A stretch of DNA of 64,000 nucleotides, taken from the NCBI GenBank assembly GCA_044892525.1, contig CM097885.1, positions 48,362,001-48,426,000 on the forward strand, written 5' to 3'. Shown piece after piece: positions 54,677 to 64,000 of this stretch. The stretch's first letter is position 1. Every line of letters starts with the position of its first letter. This stretch comes from Schmidtea polychroa. Its lineage: Eukaryota. The notes under the pieces are model-generated. The model searched no databases and had not been told where the DNA came from. It saw only the letters and a program-made list of their open reading frames with translations. The translations under genes were made by a program, and so were the position numbers.

Positions 54677-57071
54677 TTCTGATAATGATAATAATATGAC
54701 TAAAATGTACAAAATAAATAAAGTTCTTACTATTTCTGAGTTAAACTTGTAAAAATAGTTCAAACCATAAATTAATCTAAACAAATATTTTGATGGAGAT
54801 AAAATACGGAAATTTAACTAATGAAATGAAGATAGGAAAACAAAATTTAATCTTATATAACTCCAACAAATTGCGACCGTGGTATTCTGACCGAAATGAC
54901 CCAGTACACTTGTTATATTTTTCAAGATTCTTTCGATATTTTTATTTGAAGTGACCCTGCAACATGTAATTGTAAGATATGAGCAAAACATTGTATATGA
55001 ATGCAAATTCCTGATATTACTAGAAAATTTTGAGAAATCATAAAGAATCAAGACGAATCGAGGTAAATCGGAACATCAAAATGCGATTATAATCATAAAG
55101 TACAAGAAGCCAAAACCGTTCAACAATGAATCTCATCTTTGTGATTGGGGGTTATACGTTTATTCACAGTTTGTTATGAAAATATTGAATATGAAAAATG
55201 CGTTGGGAGTGTTATTATTATTTATTGAATATTAAAGACCACAAAGAGTCAGAAATACCGATTGTAGTTTATTTGTTTAATTAAAAACACAAAAATTATT
55301 ATTATACACGAGTGGTTATCAAATTTATTGCATAATTCTAGTATTTGGGTTCAAATATCAGGATATATGACTTTTTCTTTTATGGCAATAATAAAATAAC
55401 TATATGTATAGTAAAATGATAAATGTTTTTAGGGAATGGTGGTTCAGTGGGCAAATACTCTTCTTGATTTTTGATGATGTCGGAAAGTTTTTGGTTCAAA
55501 TTCCAGGAAGGATGACTTTTTTATTTTTTTTCAAAAATTTATTTTTAACATTTATTATTAGTAGAATATGAATCAGCATACTTTGTTTGCTATAAATTTA
55601 AAATTTCATAAAAATTGGTCAAGGATTTCTTATTTTAGGATAAAAAATAATATTTTGATATGAGACTCCAGTGGTTCTCACACTTTGTGGCGTTATCGAA
55701 GTCCCTGGATCTAAATCCAAAGAGGCGTGATTTTTTCTTATATGATTATAATAAAATTAATATATGTATATTAAAATGATGTTTTAATGAGAATATTCAA
55801 AATATAATGCATTTTGGGTAAGAATAGAACATATATGTCGAAAATGTGTTTGAATGCCGATTTTGAAGACCATTGATAATAATTGTATATAGATGTCCAC
55901 ATATTAAAAATCATTGTTGGCTCTCAACTCTACCACTTTCCTATGTTGTCAAATAAGCAGAACGAGCTGGAATGCATTTCAGAAACTTTCGATGTCTGTA
56001 ATAGGCATCATGACATCAGAACCACGTCAACAAATTGAGAAAAAGATCAAGATCATGAGATTAGGAAGACACGTCAAAAAGAGATTTAGTTTGAAGTACG
56101 ACTGTAGCGAAAAGGAGCGTTTTCCAGTTACTCTGGCCAACTCTTCTTCCAGCTACGCCCAATCGTCCTCGAGTAAGTGCTTGCTAAAATAAGCATTCTA
56201 GTAATTAGATTTGTGATTTTAATTTAGTTGAAATTAAATTATAAATAATTATATGTTGTGTATAAATACTTAACAAGAATCGTGTTTAAATACAAAATTA
56301 CAAATTTACAATAATATTTTGAAGTAGAAATTATATAAGACATGCAAATGAATTTTATTTCAAAAATCAAGGCATAATAAGAATTAGAGGATGAAATTTA
56401 AAGTCTGTCGAAGCCAAATTTGCGAAAGCATTCAATGCGAAGAATCGTAGAGATCAAGTACAAAAAAAGTCACATAAAATCTAACTGCCGAAGTGCAAGT
56501 ATTAGTGAGATTTAAGCTTGACAAATAGAAGAAATTTAGAATACAGTATGAAAAACATTATGAAATTCTATGATATGTATCAGTTCGGTAATTTCAAAAT
56601 TCAGTGAAGTCCAGAGATTAAATTAAGAAAGCGATGGAAGATAAATGAAGATGCAAAGAAAGAAGAAAATTAAAATGATGTTTGTTATAATAATAATTAC
56701 GTTGTTTTAATATTATTTGTAAATATATATATTTTGTAAATGGAGGAAATTCTATTAAAGTTAAGATTTTGTCTCAATTGATTAAACTTATATTTTTCAT
56801 TCTATTTATTTTATTGAATTGTAAAATTCACAAATAATTTTAAAAAATTTATCAACATTAATTTATTAAGTCAAAATTAATAGAAAAAACTTTAAATATA
56901 GAAAAATTAAAATTTATTAGTTCTGCAATTTGGAGTGCTCAAACAATAATTGTCCACTTTGAGTGGTCCTATCTTGACATCAATGGACATTTATGTTGAA
57001 TGTGATCTAATGAGGAACATTGTAAATTTTTCATTTTTATCTTTAATATATACATTTTGATTATATGATTC

Positions 57072-57782
57072 TTAATTTGAAACTGGATCATTTTTCTCGA
57101 CCTTAAAATTATAGGCTACATAAGATTTATTCCATGGATTATCAGGTGATTTCTCAAACTCTTTTAATAAAAGTTTTTTCAATTGACTAAATCGAAGTCC
57201 AGGATTTTCTTTCTTTATTTCTGGCATGCGCTTCTCTTCAAATGCCAAATAAGCTACCTTAACTTTCTTTTCCACATGTCTGACTGGTTTATCTTTATCA
57301 TTTAAAATGTTAAGTTTTTCGTCAACATTTCTTGCTTCGTCGTCATCAAAATCTAATTTATTGACATTTTCTGGAATCAGATCTTCAACCACCTCAACTA
57401 CCTTTATCTTAATTCTTGCAGCTTCCTTTTGTTTCTTCTTCAATTCTTCTAATTGATAATGTGTAACTTTTTCTACAGGCGCTTTTTGATTATTAATTTC
57501 ATTCATTTCTTTCAAGTGCAAATTTTGAATTTCTTTCTTATTTTCTAAATGTTGTATCTTTTTTGCTTCTTTATTTTCCTAATAAAATAATATTAAGAAT
57601 TTAGTGTTGGAATAAAAATCTATTACTTTTCGTTGATTTTTCCTATTTGTATACTTATCATCATCTTTCCAATATTTATCTTCAATTGCTTTTTGTTTTA
57701 ATTCAATTTCACAGTTTTTCTTTTCCTGCTTTCTTGCTTTTGCTTCCACAGCTTTAGTATTTGCAGACATTTTCTTAGCCAT
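57072..57782 (-). CDS. CCDC124: CCDC124 copy 11 (D220N)
   Basis: Intact; ends VSN*. Confidence 0.95.
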
Positions 57783-60177
57783 TTCTGATAATGATAATAA
57801 TATGACTAAAATGTACAAAATAAATAAAGTTCTTACTATTTCTGAGTTAAACTTGTAAAAATAGTTCAAACCATAAATTAATCTAAACAAATATTTTGAT
57901 GGAGATAAAATACGGAAATTTAACTAATGAAATGAAGATAGGAAAACAAAATTTAATCTTATATAACTCCAACAAATTGCGACCGTGGTATTCTGACCGA
58001 AATGACCCAGTACACTTGTTATATTTTTCAAGATTCTTTCGATATTTTTATTTGAAGTGACCCTGCAACATGTAATTGTAAGATATGAGCAAAACATTGT
58101 ATATGAATGCAAATTCCTGATATTACTAGAAAATTTTGAGAAATCATAAAGAATCAAGACGAATCGAGGTAAATCGGAACATCAAAATGCGATTATAATC
58201 ATAAAGTACAAGAAGCCAAAACCGTTCAACAATGAATCTCATCTTTGTGATTGGGGGTTATACGTTTATTCACAGTTTGTTATGAAAATATTGAATATGA
58301 AAAATGCGTTGGGAGTGTTATTATTATTTATTGAATATTAAAGACCACAAAGAGTCAGAAATACCGATTGTAGTTTATTTGTTTAATTAAAAACACAAAA
58401 ATTATTATTATACACGAGTGGTTATCAAATTTATTGCATAATTCTAGTATTTGGGTTCAAATATCAGGATATATGACTTTTTCTTTTATGGCAATAATAA
58501 AATAACTATATGTATAGTAAAATGATAAATGTTTTTAGGGAATGGTGGTTCAGTGGGCAAATACTCTTCTTGATTTTTGATGATGTCGGAAAGTTTTTGG
58601 TTCAAATTCCAGGAAGGATGACTTTTTTATTTTTTTTCAAAAATTTATTTTTAACATTTATTATTAGTAGAATATGAATCAGCATACTTTGTTTGCTATA
58701 AATTTAAAATTTCATAAAAATTGGTCAAGGATTTCTTATTTTAGGATAAAAAATAATATTTTGATATGAGACTCCAGTGGTTCTCACACTTTGTGGCGTT
58801 ATCGAAGTCCCTGGATCTAAATCCAAAGAGGCGTGATTTTTTCTTATATGATTATAATAAAATTAATATATGTATATTAAAATGATGTTTTAATGAGAAT
58901 ATTCAAAATATAATGCATTTTGGGTAAGAATAGAACATATATGTCGAAAATGTGTTTGAATGCCGATTTTGAAGACCATTGATAATAATTGTATATAGAT
59001 GTCCACATATTAAAAATCATTGTTGGCTCTCAACTCTACCACTTTCCTATGTTGTCAAATAAGCAGAACGAGCTGGAATGCATTTCAGAAACTTTCGATG
59101 TCTGTAATAGGCATCATGACATCAGAACCACGTCAACAAATTGAGAAAAAGATCAAGATCATGAGATTAGGAAGACACGTCAAAAAGAGATTTAGTTTGA
59201 AGTACGACTGTAGCGAAAAGGAGCGTTTTCCAGTTACTCTGGCCAACTCTTCTTCCAGCTACGCCCAATCGTCCTCGAGTAAGTGCTTGCTAAAATAAGC
59301 ATTCTAGTAATTAGATTTGTGATTTTAATTTAGTTGAAATTAAATTATAAATAATTATATGTTGTGTATAAATACTTAACAAGAATCGTGTTTAAATACA
59401 AAATTACAAATTTACAATAATATTTTGAAGTAGAAATTATATAAGACATGCAAATGAATTTTATTTCAAAAATCAAGGCATAATAAGAATTAGAGGATGA
59501 AATTTAAAGTCTGTCGAAGCCAAATTTGCGAAAGCATTCAATGCGAAGAATCGTAGAGATCAAGTACAAAAAAAGTCACATAAAATCTAACTGCCGAAGT
59601 GCAAGTATTAGTGAGATTTAAGCTTGACAAATAGAAGAAATTTAGAATACAGTATGAAAAACATTATGAAATTCTATGATATGTATCAGTTCGGTAATTT
59701 CAAAATTCAGTGAAGTCCAGAGATTAAATTAAGAAAGCGATGGAAGATAAATGAAGATGCAAAGAAAGAAGAAAATTAAAATGATGTTTGTTATAATAAT
59801 AATTACGTTGTTTTAATATTATTTGTAAATATATATATTTTGTAAATGGAGGAAATTCTATTAAAGTTAAGATTTTGTCTCAATTGATTAAACTTATATT
59901 TTTCATTCTATTTATTTTATTGAATTGTAAAATTCACAAATAATTTTAAAAAATTTATCAACATTAATTTATTAAGTCAAAATTAATAGAAAAAACTTTA
60001 AATATAGAAAAATTAAAATTTATTAGTTCTGCAATTTGGAGTGCTCAAACAATAATTGTCCACTTTGAGTGGTCCTATCTTGACATCAATGGACATTTAT
60101 GTTGAATGTGATCTAATGAGGAACATTGTAAATTTTTCATTTTTATCTTTAATATATACATTTTGATTATATGATTC

Positions 60178-60888
60178 TTAATTTGAAACTGGATCATTTT
60201 TCTCGACCTTAAAATTATAGGCTACATAAGATTTATTCCATGGATTATCAGGTGATTTCTCAAACTCTTTTAATAAAAGTTTTTTCAATTGACTAAATCG
60301 AAGTCCAGGATTTTCTTTCTTTATTTCTGGCATGCGCTTCTCTTCAAATGCCAAATAAGCTACCTTAACTTTCTTTTCCACATGTCTGACTGGTTTATCT
60401 TTATCATTTAAAATGTTAAGTTTTTCGTCAACATTTCTTGCTTCGTCGTCATCAAAATCTAATTTATTGACATTTTCTGGAATCAGATCTTCAACCACCT
60501 CAACTACCTTTATCTTAATTCTTGCAGCTTCCTTTTGTTTCTTCTTCAATTCTTCTAATTGATAATGTGTAACTTTTTCTACAGGCGCTTTTTGATTATT
60601 AATTTCATTCATTTCTTTCAAGTGCAAATTTTGAATTTCTTTCTTATTTTCTAAATGTTGTATCTTTTTTGCTTCTTTATTTTCCTAATAAAATAATATT
60701 AAGAATTTAGTGTTGGAATAAAAATCTATTACTTTTCGTTGATTTTTCCTATTTGTATACTTATCATCATCTTTCCAATATTTATCTTCAATTGCTTTTT
60801 GTTTTAATTCAATTTCACAGTTTTTCTTTTCCTGCTTTCTTGCTTTTGCTTCCACAGCTTTAGTATTTGCAGACATTTTCTTAGCCAT
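60178..60888 (-). CDS. CCDC124: CCDC124 copy 12 (D220N)
   Basis: Intact; ends VSN*. Confidence 0.95.
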
Positions 60889-63283
60889 TTCTGATAATGA
60901 TAATAATATGACTAAAATGTACAAAATAAATAAAGTTCTTACTATTTCTGAGTTAAACTTGTAAAAATAGTTCAAACCATAAATTAATCTAAACAAATAT
61001 TTTGATGGAGATAAAATACGGAAATTTAACTAATGAAATGAAGATAGGAAAACAAAATTTAATCTTATATAACTCCAACAAATTGCGACCGTGGTATTCT
61101 GACCGAAATGACCCAGTACACTTGTTATATTTTTCAAGATTCTTTCGATATTTTTATTTGAAGTGACCCTGCAACATGTAATTGTAAGATATGAGCAAAA
61201 CATTGTATATGAATGCAAATTCCTGATATTACTAGAAAATTTTGAGAAATCATAAAGAATCAAGACGAATCGAGGTAAATCGGAACATCAAAATGCGATT
61301 ATAATCATAAAGTACAAGAAGCCAAAACCGTTCAACAATGAATCTCATCTTTGTGATTGGGGGTTATACGTTTATTCACAGTTTGTTATGAAAATATTGA
61401 ATATGAAAAATGCGTTGGGAGTGTTATTATTATTTATTGAATATTAAAGACCACAAAGAGTCAGAAATACCGATTGTAGTTTATTTGTTTAATTAAAAAC
61501 ACAAAAATTATTATTATACACGAGTGGTTATCAAATTTATTGCATAATTCTAGTATTTGGGTTCAAATATCAGGATATATGACTTTTTCTTTTATGGCAA
61601 TAATAAAATAACTATATGTATAGTAAAATGATAAATGTTTTTAGGGAATGGTGGTTCAGTGGGCAAATACTCTTCTTGATTTTTGATGATGTCGGAAAGT
61701 TTTTGGTTCAAATTCCAGGAAGGATGACTTTTTTATTTTTTTTCAAAAATTTATTTTTAACATTTATTATTAGTAGAATATGAATCAGCATACTTTGTTT
61801 GCTATAAATTTAAAATTTCATAAAAATTGGTCAAGGATTTCTTATTTTAGGATAAAAAATAATATTTTGATATGAGACTCCAGTGGTTCTCACACTTTGT
61901 GGCGTTATCGAAGTCCCTGGATCTAAATCCAAAGAGGCGTGATTTTTTCTTATATGATTATAATAAAATTAATATATGTATATTAAAATGATGTTTTAAT
62001 GAGAATATTCAAAATATAATGCATTTTGGGTAAGAATAGAACATATATGTCGAAAATGTGTTTGAATGCCGATTTTGAAGACCATTGATAATAATTGTAT
62101 ATAGATGTCCACATATTAAAAATCATTGTTGGCTCTCAACTCTACCACTTTCCTATGTTGTCAAATAAGCAGAACGAGCTGGAGTGCATTTCAGAAACTT
62201 TCGATGTCTGTAATAGGCATCATGACATCAGAACCACGTCAACAAATTGAGAAAAAGATCAAGATCATGAGATTAGGAAGACACGTCAAAAAGAGATTTA
62301 GTTTGAAGTACGACTGTAGCGAAAAGGAGCGTTTTCCAGTTACTCTGGCCAACTCTTCTTCCAGCTACGCCCAATCGTCCTCGAGTAAGTGCTTGCTAAA
62401 ATAAGCATTCTAGTAATTAGATTTGTGATTTTAATTTAGTTGAAATTAAATTATAAATAATTATATGTTGTGTATAAATACTTAACAAGAATCGTGTTTA
62501 AATACAAAATTACAAATTTACAATAATATTTTGAAGTAGAAATTATATAAGACATGCAAATGAATTTTATTTCAAAAATCAAGGCATAATAAGAATTAGA
62601 GGATGAAATTTAAAGTCTGTCGAAGCCAAATTTGCGAAAGCATTCAATGCGAAGAATCGTAGAGATCAAGTACAAAAAAAGTCACATAAAATCTAACTGC
62701 CGAAGTGCAAGTATTAGTGAGATTTAAGCTTGACAAATAGAAGAAATTTAGAATACAGTATGAAAAACATTATGAAATTCTATGATATGTATCAGTTCGG
62801 TAATTTCAAAATTCAGTGAAGTCCAGAGATTAAATTAAGAAAGCGATGGAAGATAAATGAAGATGCAAAGAAAGAAGAAAATTAAAATGATGTTTGTTAT
62901 AATAATAATTACGTTGTTTTAATATTATTTGTAAATATATATATTTTGTAAATGGAGGAAATTCTATTAAAGTTAAGATTTTGTCTCAATTGATTAAACT
63001 TATATTTTTCATTCTATTTATTTTATTGAATTGTAAAATTCACAAATAATTTTAAAAAATTTATCAACATTAATTTATTAAGTCAAAATTAATAGAAAAA
63101 ACTTTAAATATAGAAAAATTAAAATTTATTAGTTCTGCAATTTGGAGTGCTCAAACAATAATTGTCCACTTTGAGTGGTCCTATCTTGACATCAATGGAC
63201 ATTTATGTTGAATGTGATCTAATGAGGAACATTGTAAATTTTTCATTTTTATCTTTAATATATACATTTTGATTATATGATTC

Positions 63284-63994
63284 TTAATTTGAAACTGGAT
63301 CATTTTTCTCGACCTTAAAATTATAGGCTACATAAGATTTATTCCATGGATTATCAGGTGATTTCTCAAACTCTTTTAATAAAAGTTTTTTCAATTGACT
63401 AAATCGAAGTCCAGGATTTTCTTTCTTTATTTCTGGCATGCGCTTCTCTTCAAATGCCAAATAAGCTACCTTAACTTTCTTTTCCACATGTCTGACTGGT
63501 TTATCTTTATCATTTAAAATGTTAAGTTTTTCGTCAACATTTCTTGCTTCGTCGTCATCAAAATCTAATTTATTGACATTTTCTGGAATCAGATCTTCAA
63601 CCACCTCAACTACCTTTATCTTAATTCTTGCAGCTTCCTTTTGTTTCTTCTTCAATTCTTCTAATTGATAATGTGTAACTTTTTCTACAGGCGCTTTTTG
63701 ATTATTAATTTCATTCATTTCTTTCAAGTGCAAATTTTGAATTTCTTTCTTATTTTCTAAATGTTGTATCTTTTTTGCTTCTTTATTTTCCTAATAAAAT
63801 AATATTAAGAATTTAGTGTTGGAATAAAAATCTATTACTTTTCGTTGATTTTTCCTATTTGTATACTTATCATCATCTTTCCAATATTTATCTTCAATTG
63901 CTTTTTGTTTTAATTCAATTTCACAGTTTTTCTTTTCCTGCTTTCTTGCTTTTGCTTCCACAGCTTTAGTATTTGCAGACATTTTCTTAGCCAT
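63284..63994 (-). CDS. CCDC124: CCDC124 copy 13 (D220N)
   Basis: Intact. The ATG is at 63994 and the promoter lies beyond the window. Confidence 0.95.
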
Positions 63995-64000
63995 TTCTGA

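Larger units (their letters stand above)
24858..64000. repeat. Head-to-tail tandem array of a 3081/3106 bp gene-containing unit, at least 12.6 units, truncated by the window end
   Basis: Identical ORFs recur at 26062, 29143, 32224 (period 3081), then 35330 through 63284 (period 3106). Homology begins at ~24858 versus ~27939. Confidence 0.99.

Overview
Very AT-rich eukaryotic, probably invertebrate, genomic DNA. The 48-50 nt GT-AG introns and the transposon spectrum would fit a flatworm such as a planarian, but that is inference. The window has three zones. (1) 1-9975 is non-coding: a >4.3 kb imperfect palindrome with ~20 bp subrepeats, mini- and microsatellites, and a diverged third copy of the arm that ends in the same AGTAGGTAGTTAG/CTAACTACCTACT motif found at the palindrome centre. 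(2) 9976-24857 is a transposon graveyard (hAT, Gypsy, piggyBac, pogo-type and MULE-type MITEs, a possible Penelope end) around one intact two-exon host gene, LIPT2. (3) 24858-64000 is the main feature: a head-to-tail array of a 3081/3106 bp unit that runs off the window end. It holds at least 13 intact, near-identical copies of the two-exon CCDC124 gene (Lso2/Oxs1 family ribosome hibernation factor), which is normally single copy. Unit junctions are mosaics of two diverged versions of a ~330 bp repeat, recording more than one recombination breakpoint. Each unit also carries tRNA-like A/B-box elements upstream of the gene. All calls are by eye; no database search was run.
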